A stretch of 62,987 nucleotides of DNA, counting the filler, from Octopus bimaculoides (Eukaryota), in NCBI RefSeq assembly GCF_001194135.2. It is 7 parts of 7 records of this genome, joined end to end, with 100 filler letters (N's around TTAATTAATTAA, not from the genome) between each part and the next. Parts side by side here need not be neighbours in the genome. Positions count along the whole stretch, not along the records: positions 1 to 9,501 come from NC_068987.1; positions 9,602 to 23,771 come from NC_068990.1; 5 more parts are not named here. One strand, given 5' to 3'. The notes beneath the pieces were generated by a model that was not told the origin of the DNA, did not search any database, and saw only the letters and a program-made list of their open reading frames with translations. Both the position numbers and the translations under genes were made by a program. Positions 1 through 13,635 of this stretch are shown here, in pieces (position 1 is the first letter of the stretch; each line of letters opens with the position of its first letter).

Positions 1-724
1 TATATATACAGATTTATATATATGCATGTGTGTGTGTATATGTACGTATTTATGTATATATAAATATGTCTGCTGTGTATCTGTGTGTACATGCATGTGT
101 GTATACACCCAATGACACACACATATGAATGTGCATATATATGTGACTCTGTTAATACGGTTATTTCCTACCTTTACTAGCCTGGCAAACATTATTGTTT
201 ATATTATCTTTATTATTAGATTATAAAATTACTACATTTTCTTATTTGGTTTTCTCTATCGTCTGCTTCTTCCAGTTCATCATCCATTGTCTTTTGTTAT
301 CTTCTTTTTCGTCGATATATTTGTAATCATTCTGTTAGGTTTTAGAACTCTGTAATCATCTACGCCATTGCTGTATTCTTTTTGTGGTCGCCATTTACGC
401 TACCTCATCAAACGTTATATGTCTCTGTGTTTACAAGCCGTATTAAAAATATCGTAACGCTATACAATTTCCCCCCTCTTTCATTTACATTACCACTTGA
501 TTTTGTCTGCAGATATTTTTCTTTATACAGACAATGTCTCTGCAGAGAAGACATATTATTTCTGCCTAACATCCATGAGTCTCCTTCCTCAATTCCAATA
601 TTAGGATTTATTTTCGAAATTTAAAATTTTTCGTCTGATTACATTTATTTTCATTTCTTGCATAAAAACGTATCTCTGACTACACAGACACATACACACA
701 CATACACGCACACAAACACATAAC

Positions 725-767
<43 letters not shown>

Positions 768-1057
768 TTAATAAAATTTTAGCATTTGTATCTGTGCATA
801 TGTATGTAATAAAATACATACGTTTATATTTATACATATACATATATTTCTATATTCATATGAAACCGAGGAATTCGACAGAAATGCTGCAGTTTCATAA
901 ACGAACTTCTTAACTTTACTTTGCTAGTTTAAATGTTTCCATCAATGGATTTCTTTATGCTTGAAAGACATGCTTGTTGATCTGACTGTATCCAGTTTAC
1001 ATAAAATAGACTCCCTATTCTCCAAGAATATATATATATATATAGTGCTTTATAAAC

Positions 1058-1089
<32 letters not shown>

Positions 1090-1585
1090 AATATGTTTAT
1101 TTATATATTTATGTATGTGTGTGTGTCTATTTTTGTGTACACATATATGTATACATAGGTTATATCTATGTATATATNNNNNNNNNNNNNNNNNNNNNNN
1201 NNNNNNNNNNNNNNNNNNNNNNNNNNNNNNNNNNNNNNNNNNNNNNNNNNNNNNNNNNNNNNNNNNNNNNNNNNNNNNNNNNNNNNNNNNNNNNNNNNNN
1301 NNNNNNNNNNNNNNNNNNNNNNNNNNNNNNNNNNNNNNNNNNNNNNNNNNNNNNNNNNNNNNNNNNNNNNNNNNNNNNNNNNNNNNNNNNNNNNNNNNNN
1401 NNNNNNNNNNNNNNNNNNNNNNNNNNNNNNNNNNNNNNNNNNNNNNNNNNNNNNNNNNNNNNNNNNNNNNNNNNNNNNNNNNNNNNNNNNNNNNNNNNNN
1501 NNNNNNNNNNNNNNNNNNNNNNNNNNNNNNNNNNNNNNNNNNNNNNNNNNNNNNNNNNNNNNNNNNNNNNNNNNNNNNNNNNNNN

Positions 1586-1643
<58 letters not shown>

Positions 1644-2481
1644 GTGTGTGCGCGCGTGTGTGTGTACCTAAAATTCAATGAATTTTAATATTTCAAAGGC
1701 TGACCCTATGAGTGAGGTACCAATGCAAACTCGCTTTCTGTAGAAATGTTACGCAGAAGAAAAAGAAGAGAGGCTTCTTACTGACGGAATGTGTCTCCGT
1801 TTCGAGGATGCTGCTCTTTGAAAATACATCTGGTAATCTTCTCCAAAACAAATACATGAACAAATTAGAAGCGGTCACAAATTAGTCTATTGCGGTAGTG
1901 GAGCTCCTAATATGCAAATCTAACCGGAAGTAAGGTTATACATTACAAAGCCTCGCAGGGTGTGATATTAGAATAAAATCAGTAGATAGCTTTTGTATGT
2001 TTTTTTCATAGTAAAAGTAATCGTTAACCTTAATTAAAATCTAAATTGTAAATCCTTGTTTTATATCGTCAGTTGCTGATTTTATGCAGGTTTTCGGATT
2101 TGCCCCCTATTCGTTATTCTCATGCGATAATTTCTATTGTATACAAGTGCATGTTTCGTTCTTATATGCTCTCAATAGATATATTGCTTCCTCTCGTATT
2201 ATAAAAAGGTGTCGTTATTACTGCGACAATTGTTTGCTTCCGACTCTATGCGAGGCGTACGTTGTGCAATAGTCTCTTATTTGTCCTTCTGAAAGACGTT
2301 GACAAAGTTTACAGTGTCTCTCAAGCTATCAAGCCAGTCGTTAAAGAGATTTCACTTGTCCTTCATATGGTATACACCTCCTAATGTGTTGCAGCTTGTC
2401 TTTGTGAATTTACAATTCCTTTATAGATGAATAATTGTCCAATTATACAAAGAAAACACTTGTGGAAAAAGTTAGGGTAGA

Positions 2482-2501
2482 CAGCTGACGTCATATAAAT
2501 A
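2482..2501 (+). promoter_or_regulatory. Overlapping E-box (CAGCTG), CRE (TGACGTCA) and TATA (TATAAATA) motif cluster
   Basis: Sequence CAGCTGACGTCATATAAATA is seen directly. Function unproven. Confidence 0.3.
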
Positions 2502-3504
2502 GACGCCTCGGGAAAGTCACAAGTCGAGTTAAGAAGACACTCCTTTAAAACAGCTATAAAAGCAGTATAAAGAAATGTTGAGATATAAAAGCAACAGTAA
2601 TTCTATTTCGTTGTTGAAACCTATATAGAAGCGAAGAAAGAAGGAAAACTAGAACAATAAAATGGTGTCACAAAAAGGTGAAAATTACTGTGATAGCCAG
2701 TTATATACCCGTTGCAAAGGAACTCAAATTAGCTACGGTGCCTACTATGATCGTAAATTTAACAGAAAAGCCATTTAATGCTCTCATAAAAAAAATAAAA
2801 AGAATCAATCAGTCTTTCAAAAGCATAATTGTGCTACTCATATGTGAAATGTGTAGCAAATTAAGGACACGTTTTATATTTGGGCTTAGCAATAACAAGT
2901 GTGATCTAAAGAAACAGAACATAGCTCCGAATTTAATGTATAAAAATGTGGTTATTTTACCAGAAGCATCTGGTTTTCTCTCATAAACTAAGCTTTTTTA
3001 AAAAGGTAAATAATTGCCTTGACTTACAAGGTAATCATTTGTCGATATTTAATTAGCCAGTCGTCCCTATGAGTTAAACTGTTTACTTTAAAAACTCCTG
3101 CGGAATTTATAGGTATACTATACATCAACAAGGAGAGCCAACGATCTTTCGGTATTGTTAAGCTTCAATACATTTCTTGGCAATCTTAAATGATTTCTTT
3201 AAGACAGATAAAATACCTCGTATCCTAAGGAAAAAGTGGTAAACCCTAAAAAGTGGCACAAATGATGCAAACTTAATTCCTTATACACACACACATATAC
3301 GTATATATACTTGTATGTATACATATATGTATGTGTATGTGTGCGGTGTATGCGCGCATATGTGTGCGTATGTATGCATATGTACGAACGTGTTTAGGTA
3401 AATGCATGTAGGCAAATATATATATATATATACAGATGTATATACATCTATGTCTATATGCATATGCATATATTGTGTATGTGTGTGCGTGCGTGCGTGT
3501 GTGC

Positions 3505-3528
3505 ATACAGAGATATAGATAGATAGAC

Positions 3529-3601
<73 letters not shown>

Positions 3602-3664
3602 CAGATAGATAGATAGATAGGTAGATAGATGGATAACTAGAGAGATAGGGAGACAGATTGATAA

Positions 3665-3716
<52 letters not shown>

Positions 3717-3727
3717 TTAGATAGATA
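3505..3727. repeat. Compound (GATA)n/(TA)n microsatellite
   Basis: Directly visible. Confidence 0.95.
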
Positions 3728-4165
3728 AAAATATCTACAGAGAGGCATACACATATGTGTAAGTAAAGGTGGGTAAATGTTTAGTGCAAAATAGCTCTGT
3801 GAATAAGTATCATTATAGTTTTACTAATGATGTAATAATCGATTTTATGCGTCGTATGCTTTAGATGTGTTTGTCAACCATATATAATTCTGTTGTTATT
3901 GATATATCTTAGATATATAAAATTCACCACTGGAAAAAATCAAAGGGCGTTATTGACATTAAAATTTTATAATGCTAATAATCGTTCAGAAGTTAGAGCA
4001 TTAAAAATGTTTTCAATAATCAAAAATATTTCAATGATATAGAAATTCCATGTAATGGCTAGAAATTTGTGAGACTACATATATGTATAAAGACACACAC
4101 GCGCACGCACAGAGAGACACACAGACACACACAGACACACACCGACTGAACCACAAACACACACA

Positions 4166-4200
<35 letters not shown>

Positions 4201-4371
4201 TGTCCTTGATGTACTTGGAGCAGAATTTCTCGCTCCTTTGAGAAAAAAAATAAGATTTGATAAATTGTACGTTGCTTCCAATGGATAGCTGCAACTCCGT
4301 TTCGATGAAGCATTTCGCCCGGAGTACTAACCTTCATGTCAGCTCGCCGCCTTAGAAGTGCGAATATTCTG

Positions 4372-4578
4372 TTCTACTCTAGGCACAAGGCCCGAAATTT
4401 GTGGGGAGGTGGCCAGTCGATTAGATGGACCCGAGTACGCTACTGGTATTTGATTTATCGATTCCGAAATGATGAAAGACAAAGTCGACCTCGACAGAAT
4501 TTGAACTCAGAACGTAAAGGCAGACGAAATATCGGTAAGTATTTCGCCCGGCGTACTTAACGTTTTTGCCAGCTCGCC
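4372..4578 (-). mobile_element. tRNA-derived SINE, family A
   Basis: Reverse complement of the family A consensus. A partial duplicate of its head lies at about 4309-4351. Confidence 0.85.
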
Positions 4579-6708
4579 AACTTTTTTTTTTCTGAGCGTA
4601 TTATGGCTGCATGCATAACGAAAGACGGGGTGCCTACACGTCATTAATATTTTGATTTGAATTTTACAACTACTTAGACTACATATATTCATCTCTTGTT
4701 CATTCATCTTCTTCGTACAGGCAGTACTTCCGCCCCTACATAATTCAATCAGAATCTCTCGAAGAAGCCAAAATTTGGATATTTTTCTTTATATATATAC
4801 ACACTCACTGGCAGACACATATGGACATATACATGTGTGAGTGTCTGTATGTCCATGCGCATATACAGTTTCAATATAAGACAAAATGATCCCGAACGGA
4901 ATATCTTTCATCGTGTTAACTTGATTAAGGTTAACCTGAATCAAACGACGACAGCATAGACAACAATATTTGCATAAAATATTTTCTATGTACTCAATAC
5001 AAACAGCATTAAGTTAAAATTGCAAACTGTGTATCGTATTATTTACTGTCTCTTATTTATTGAAGGGAGAAATTTCGCTTAGTTATGTTACATTTGATAA
5101 GGCCACGAAATGCGCCTGGCAGTCTCATGTGTACCACTGAGACGATGTTTGCTTCACTTCGATATATATACTGTTTCTAACGGAGCACGCATATGAAGAG
5201 AATTTCCTTCATACAGAAATCACACCACCATGCATTTCAATGGTGTATATTGACAAAATATTATACACAAGTGACTGTCTCTGTACAATAATTCGAATGG
5301 AAATGTGAATCTTTTCAATTACCTATCAAAAGAGATGCTATTAGCTTTACTGTTTCCAGAGCTGCAGAGTTTGCTATGTATATATATATANNNNNNNNNN
5401 NNNNNNNNNNNNNNNNNNNNNNNNNNNNNNNNNNNNNNNNNNNNNNNNNNNNNNNNNNNNNNNNNNNNNNNNNNNNNNNNNNNNNNNNNNNNNNNNNNNN
5501 NNNNNNNNNNNNNNNNNNNNNNNNNNNNNNNNNNNNNNNNNNNNNNNNNNNNNNNNNNNNNNNNNNNNNNNNNNNNNNNNNNNNNNNNNNNNNNNNATAT
5601 ATATATATATACAAGTCGCAATTGTATTTGGTTTGCAAGATTCTTGATGTGAGTTCGTGTGTTGAAAGAAATACTATTGAACCTTGGGAGGGGCATTATG
5701 CCGGTAATAATAAACACATGCACTGATTAGGTTATTCCTAGTTAACGGGTTATTTACAACTGGTAATTATTTTATCCACCTCGAAAGGTAGGCGAGGCAA
5801 AGTCGACCTACCCCGAAATTTGAACTTAGAACATGAAGATGGACGAAATGACAGTAAGCATTTTGTTCGGTATGTCAACAATTCTGCCAGCCCACCACCT
5901 TAGTCGCCACTAATATTACTTTATTATAGCTAAAAGGACCGTTAAGATACTTTACATGTATTACTCTCACTATAATATATATAAATGTGCTTCTGTCAAA
6001 CTGTCCCGCCATGCATATGTCTATTGTAATGCTAGATTAATGTATGATTGATTGGGTACTCATGTTGCATTATTATTGATATTTTATTTAATTACGTTAG
6101 AGTAAGTGTTATCTGGGACTGAATATACGAAAACTGAAAGTTGTGTATTGCATGCTATCTGATAAAATCTATTTTATCATGCTGATTGATTTCAAGAGTT
6201 ATTTAGGTACTTTTGAAATTACCAGCGTTCATATGTAAATTTACGTAGTAAATCCCAGTACCAATAATTAAATTCCATGCATCTTGTTCGTATCATCATG
6301 AGGAACTTGTCATGGTTTATGGGAAGTATAACTCAGCAAATCGAATGAAGTTTGGGAAGTGAGATGAATGGCGGAATGTCTGTGGTTTGCCTACTGATAA
6401 CTACATTGTTCAGAATCAGAACGAACACTCACACACACGCACACACGCACACACGCACACACGCACACATACACACACACACACACATACACACACACAC
6501 ACACGTACGCACACACAAACACACACAGATTCCTTTATATAAGGATAAAGCAGACATATTTTTCGAAATTTTGACATGCACGCTGTCTTCGGATAAATTC
6601 ATGCATGATGACAGTGTGCAAGTGGAATCTTCGAATTGAGTGTCAACATTCTCCTTGTATTCAATAATCATTAACTGTATTCTAAAACATTAATATATAT
6701 ATGTGTGT

Positions 6709-6776
<68 letters not shown>

Positions 6777-7855
6777 TAATAGTTATCGCTAATCCAACAT
6801 GGCAGTCTAAAAAATAGGACGATATATGGAAATGACAATAAGGAATTAAAGTGAAGATATATTCTTTTCTACTGTAGATACAAAGCCCGAAATTTTGTGG
6901 GAAGGTTCCAGTCGATTAGATCGACTAAAGTACTTAATTTATCGACCCCTAAAGGATGAAATGCAAAGTCGACTTCGATGGAATTTAAACTCAGAACGTA
7001 AGCATTTCGCCCGGCGTGCCAAGACCTCGACTATGCAGAGATCACACTTGTTATCATAGCTGCTGTGGGGTTTGACGTGCGTGAATATGGACCACTTGAG
7101 AGTGTAAGGAGTTGAATCAATCTTTAGTTTATTGATAAGCTAAGACAACGATGTACTCTTGGATTTAGATCAAGATTTTGGTCTTGGATCTTATATTTTC
7201 TACAGATTGCGTATAAATGACGAAGCCACCTTGACCATGATTCTATAAAACGCTTTAAAATTTTGTAAACAGAGAGTTACTTACGTTTCTTGCATAAATA
7301 AAAGAAATTTTATTTAACAAATTGTGACACTAAGGACCGAGGTTACCGTTGTATTTTCGTAGGTTTTTCTTTCCACGGATAACCTCCCCATTTATTGGGA
7401 ATTTTCTGTATTATTTCGTATTTTTTTGTAAATACCCCAAACGTTTTNNNNNNNNNNNNNNNNNNNNNNNNNNNNNNNNNNNNNNNNNNNNNNNNNNNNN
7501 NNNNNNNNNNNNNNNNNNNNNNNNNNNNNNNNNNNNNNNNNNNNNNNNNNNNNNNNNNNNNNNNNNNNNNNNNNNNNNNNNNNNNNNNNNNNNNNNNNNN
7601 NNNNNNNNNNNNNNNNNNNNNNNNNNNNNNNNNNNNNNNNNNNNNNNNNNNNNNNNNNNNNNNNNNNNNNNNNNNNNNNNNNNNNNNNNNNNNNNNNNNN
7701 NNNNNNNNNNNNNNNNNNNNNNNNNNNNNNNNNNNNNNNNNNNNNNNNNNNNNNNNNNNNNNNNNNNNNNNNNNNNNNNNNNNNNNNNNNNNNNNNNNNN
7801 NNNNNNNNNNNNNNNNNNNNNNNNNNNNNNNNNNNNNNNNNNNNNNNNNNNNNNN

Positions 7856-7888
<33 letters not shown>

Positions 7889-8257
7889 AATGTACGCACG
7901 TATATATGTTTGTATAAAATAATCAAGGTTCATTGGTTACGACTTTTGTTTCACTACTTTCAGGTCACTACTAAGATCCTGCTGTGTGGCATCTTGGGAA
8001 AGTGCCTCTTCAAGAGCATCGGTGTAATCCAATATCTCTGCGTGAATTAGGGTCAACAGTAGAAATGTATTTTGAGGGACTTTGCCTGTAATGAAAATGT
8101 TAATCTTGTTATTCTCCGTTAGCATTACGTTAAGAATATAGGCGCCAGTGAAATAGTTTGGCTATACTTATACGTCGACGATTAGATTCTAAGTATGCGC
8201 GCGCATGATTGTATAAAAAGCTGAGAAAAAGGAGGAGTAGGAAATAGGGAGAGAGGA

Positions 8258-8326
<69 letters not shown>

Positions 8327-9601
8327 GTGAGGGAAAGAGAGACAGAGACAGAGCAAGGGAGATAGACAGAATGTGAATTAAATATTGAAAAGGTCAAAAA
8401 TATAAAGTTATGAGTAATAAATACAGTTTAGGTTGGATAATTAGAATTTACATATTTATTGTTTTAGCAAAGAATCTCCAATTTCGGTAAGTGCACTCGC
8501 ACTTTGGGAATCGATGCTTTTAAACATAAACACGCAGTATATTTATTTTAGAACATTTAGTACTGATTCAAACGCTCAGAAGCAATGTATTTCATGACCA
8601 ACGGTCAGAATTAGTTCATCTTGAATTATGAAGTCAATCGAAATTTAGACACCATCGGACATGGAAAAATTATTTTGATTCTCGTTTATACTATTGGGTA
8701 TGCACTTTTATATTATAATTAAGTGCTCTGACGAGAGAGAAAAAAAAACTTTTGTGATTACCTATTGCAAACTTTATTTTTAGAAGAGTTTTGAAATTTT
8801 CGAAAACAGCGAATTTTATTGAAAAGTCTCCGAAATTTAAGTATTAATAAATATATATGTAGGGTATATGTACGTATGTCTGTCTGTCTGTCTGTCTCTC
8901 TGTCTGTCTGCATGTATGTATGTATGTATGCATGCATGTATGTATATGNNNNNNNNNNTCCGAAATCCTTACTACTAGGGAGCGTGTATATAGCATAATG
9001 CTTATCTGATCATACAAAGAAGATGCCTTCAATTTAATTAGAGCTACTGCAGATTTCTTTAAACTGTTCACGCGTAATAACACCCTATTTCAAATATATC
9101 TACGCATCCATCATTTCAATCAATTATGATAAATGTTGTTTATCTGATAAATACAATGTGTCACTTTCAGTTATTATGAATCCAATAATAGATAAGGTTT
9201 ATATTCAAACACATTCTAACAGTATGTCTTTGATATGTAAAGATGAGTAACACATCAATTATAAATTAATCTATAGTTACAATAGATATTCGCGTGCCAG
9301 GATTTGTTCATACTCATAAAGGTGCAGAGATGGTGGAGTTACGTGTGTTCGCCTAGCAATCTCCTCGTTTCAGGCTCCGCATTTCTGCCCTGTGTAAAAA
9401 CGAGACCATTTGAAAGAATAAAGCAAAAGGGAAGAGTGTGGAAGCCCGACGTCTCTCTCTCTCTCTATCTCTTTGTATGGATATATATATATATATATAT
9501 ANNNNNNNNNNNNNNNNNNNNNNNNNNNNNNNNNNNNNNNNNNNNTTAATTAATTAANNNNNNNNNNNNNNNNNNNNNNNNNNNNNNNNNNNNNNNNNNN
9601 N

Positions 9602-10345
<744 letters not shown>

Positions 10346-12344
10346 AATAATAATCCTTTCTACTATAGGCTCAATGTGGGGTTGGGGAGTGAATAGTCGA
10401 TTACATTGACCGTAGTGCTCCGAAAGGATAAAAGGCAAAATCGACCTCAGTGAAATTGTAACTCAGAACATAAAGACAGTCGAAAGGTCGCTAGGCATTT
10501 TGTTCGGCTCCACAAGAGCCTAAAGACGAAATACAACACTCAAAAAGTAATGTTTTACATTGATCAATAACGATATAACATGATATAAAAATAGAAGTAA
10601 GGGAAAAAAAATGAAAGAAAAATTAAATGAATAGAATCCCTAATAACAGGGCAGTCTTCCTTAGGTAATTTAGGGAAATCCTCACACAAAACGTCCTCGC
10701 TTTCTTTGCCCTCTTCAAGGCGTCGGAAGGACCTTCTAGTTTCCTTCCTCCTACAAAGAAAAGCATACTCATAGTAGATTCATTCACTTTCATTACTCTT
10801 GCCATTCTCAATCACCTTTCGATAAAGATACAAAAACGGCAGCAGCATCTCTCAGCAAATTTTAGCACTATCCCAGCCGTTTCAGGGAGAGGGGGCTGGT
10901 TAATTATAGCGATCTAGTACATGAATTGTACTTTATTTTATTGACCCTGAAAGGATGAAAAGCAAAGTTGGCCTAGGTGAAATTTGAACTCAGAACGTAA
11001 AGAGCTAGAAGAAATAACCTAACGCATTTTATATCGACGCTCTAACTATTCTAGCATGGAATTGATATATTTAATATTCCTCTTAGATATAAAAAGAATT
11101 ATAACAGAAAACTAAGAGTGGAGAGAATTTCTATAAAGAATGTAAATGTGAAATAATAACTTACCATTACAGTAAGACCATTCAAATGGAATATCTCTGG
11201 ATAAACAAACACAGACCACACAAAACATACAAAGTAACTGGACAATATACATGACTATTGTTGTTTCTCCTTTCGATGTGTTTGTTTACTCTTTATCTGT
11301 TTTTGTATGTATGAGAGTTTCTGATTGGGGAAATCTCTTCAAATGACTGTTGCCGGTGTTGCCGCCACAAGTTCTGAATGTGTTATATATATATATAGTA
11401 ATTTATACACAAATGTATATAGAGAGAGATAGATAGCTACAGATAGAGAGAAGTAGAGATAGAGAGACAGAAGTGTTTATCAGTAGACGTTCCTGACCAT
11501 CTGTTGCTAGTAAAAGTGTCTTATTACCAAAAATTACACTAATTATATACGAGCTAAAAGGTCATCATTGTTGTTGTTGTTGTGCGCGTATGTGCGTGTG
11601 TGTATATGGGTGTGTAGATAGGTGTTACTCTATGCACTCACTCACTCACACACAGACACACACACATGTATACTTATGTGTGGATGTATATCCGTGTACA
11701 GCGTGTCCCAAAGGTAATGCCTGATTCTAAAATTGGCAACTGCACAAAGTAAGGCGTTTCATTTGGAAGTGCGTATTATGTGTGTATGGGGGAGATAGTG
11801 TTATATATCTCTTGAATGAGAAAGCAGCAGCAGGGGGTGAGGTAAAGAAGTGTGTTGTGTATATATAAACCCAACTAGAAGTGTGCATTGTGTAATGTGT
11901 GTGTGTGTCTGTGTGTGCGCGCGCACACACAGACACACACCCACCCAGCCAGAAGAAGTGAGGTGGGAGTGATAATAGGGAAAAGCAAACAGAACGTGAT
12001 GTAATAAATCTTAAAGTATTATCTCATCTCAGTTTCAAAGTCGTAGAAGCAGAATAATTTGCTTACCTAGATGTGCGTGTTGGAGGGAGGGTGTGTGGTA
12101 TCAAATACGGTAGTTATTGTATGGTAACAAAAGCATTGGAACACCACTCTTTCTCTCACTGAAGGGATTTTATGGAAGGCGGTAGTGTAGCTGATAGGGG
12201 AGAAAGGGGACCGTTCCCCACCCCATGTGCTCATTAACTCTTAGTTCAGTTTTATTTATTACTTTGCATCATTATCTCCATATATATATATATATAATAT
12301 TATATTATATTATATACCTGTAAATAATATGTGACAATTATTCG

Positions 12345-12500
12345 GTAGCCATTATAAAACTCCGAGTTTCGGATGTCGGGGCGGAAACCCACGCCACCAT
12401 CTCTTCAGTTATCTGGCCATATCGATGGCCAGATAACTGAAGAGATGGTGGCGTGGCTTTCTGCCCCGACATCCGAAACTCGGAGTTTTATCATGGCTAC
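12345..12500. mobile_element. 156-nt near-perfect hairpin (palindromic MITE-like element)
   Basis: 76-bp arms (gtagccattataaaactccgag... / ...ctcggagttttatcatggctac) with 3 mismatches and a 4-nt loop ATCG. The right end abuts a gap. Confidence 0.8.
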
Positions 12501-12731
12501 NNNNNNNNNNNNNNNNNNNNNNNNNNNNNNNNNNNNNNNNNNNNNNNNNNNNNNNNNNNNNNNNNNNNNNNNNNNNNNNNNNNNNNNNNNNNNNNNNNNN
12601 NNNNNNNNNNNNNNNNNNNNNNNNNNNNNNNNNNNNNNNNNNNNNNNNNNNNNNNNNNNNNNNNNNNNNNNNNNNNNNNNNNNNNNNNNNNNNNNNNNNN
12701 NNNNNNNNNNNNNNNNNNNNNNNNNNNNNNT

Positions 12732-12763
<32 letters not shown>

Positions 12764-12764
12764 G

Positions 12765-12796
<32 letters not shown>

Positions 12797-13599
12797 TGCA
12801 TGCATGCACACATTTTTGAGCCTTCACTTAATTTAGTGCCCTATGAGCAAAACGATTTATATTTTGTCGGAGTCATAGTTTCTGATAAAACATGAAACTC
12901 AGACTTGGCACTTTGAATCCTTTATTCCTGTATTGTAACTGGCCGAACCTTGTTCCAAAGGACTGTTAACCCTAGGACAGAGACACACACGCATATGGTG
13001 TTGATGGTGATGGTAACAGTGATGATGGGGTAACCATTACTAGAAGTTGTGATGATGATGGTAGCAGTGGTGGAAGATGATGGTGGCAGTGGTGATGTTG
13101 GTAGAGAATTTCCTAATCCAATGGGTATTTAGGGTAAGCTAGTGTGGTGAAGACCATTTTTGCCAATCCATATCTATAATGCAACTTCAGCTTTTCCATA
13201 GAAACTCATAAAATATCTGCAAGTTCTACGATGCTACCGCTGCTTACAACGGTGAGTTATTCTTACCCTATGGTCCCTGTTTGCAGTTTAATGGACTCGG
13301 TCATCTCTTAGTCCCAGACAGAGCATGGCGTCAATCACAAATTTCCTGGGTAAGTAGGCGGAGGAGATGTGTATTACCTTTCTCATGCAAAAAAACCTGG
13401 AGCTAAACATCAAAAGAGACACAGGAATTTGTAAATGTTTACATTCCAAGCAGTACCTTTTCGTTGTCACTAATCCATGGGGTTCTTTAAGGAATTAACC
13501 GATTCCCTCTTCTTTATTTCACTAAACTTTTGTGTCAACCCCGCCATTTCTAAATATCACCATCCCGACTTCGAAATGTGCGTCTGCGAGAGTGCTTGG

Positions 13600-13635
<36 letters not shown>

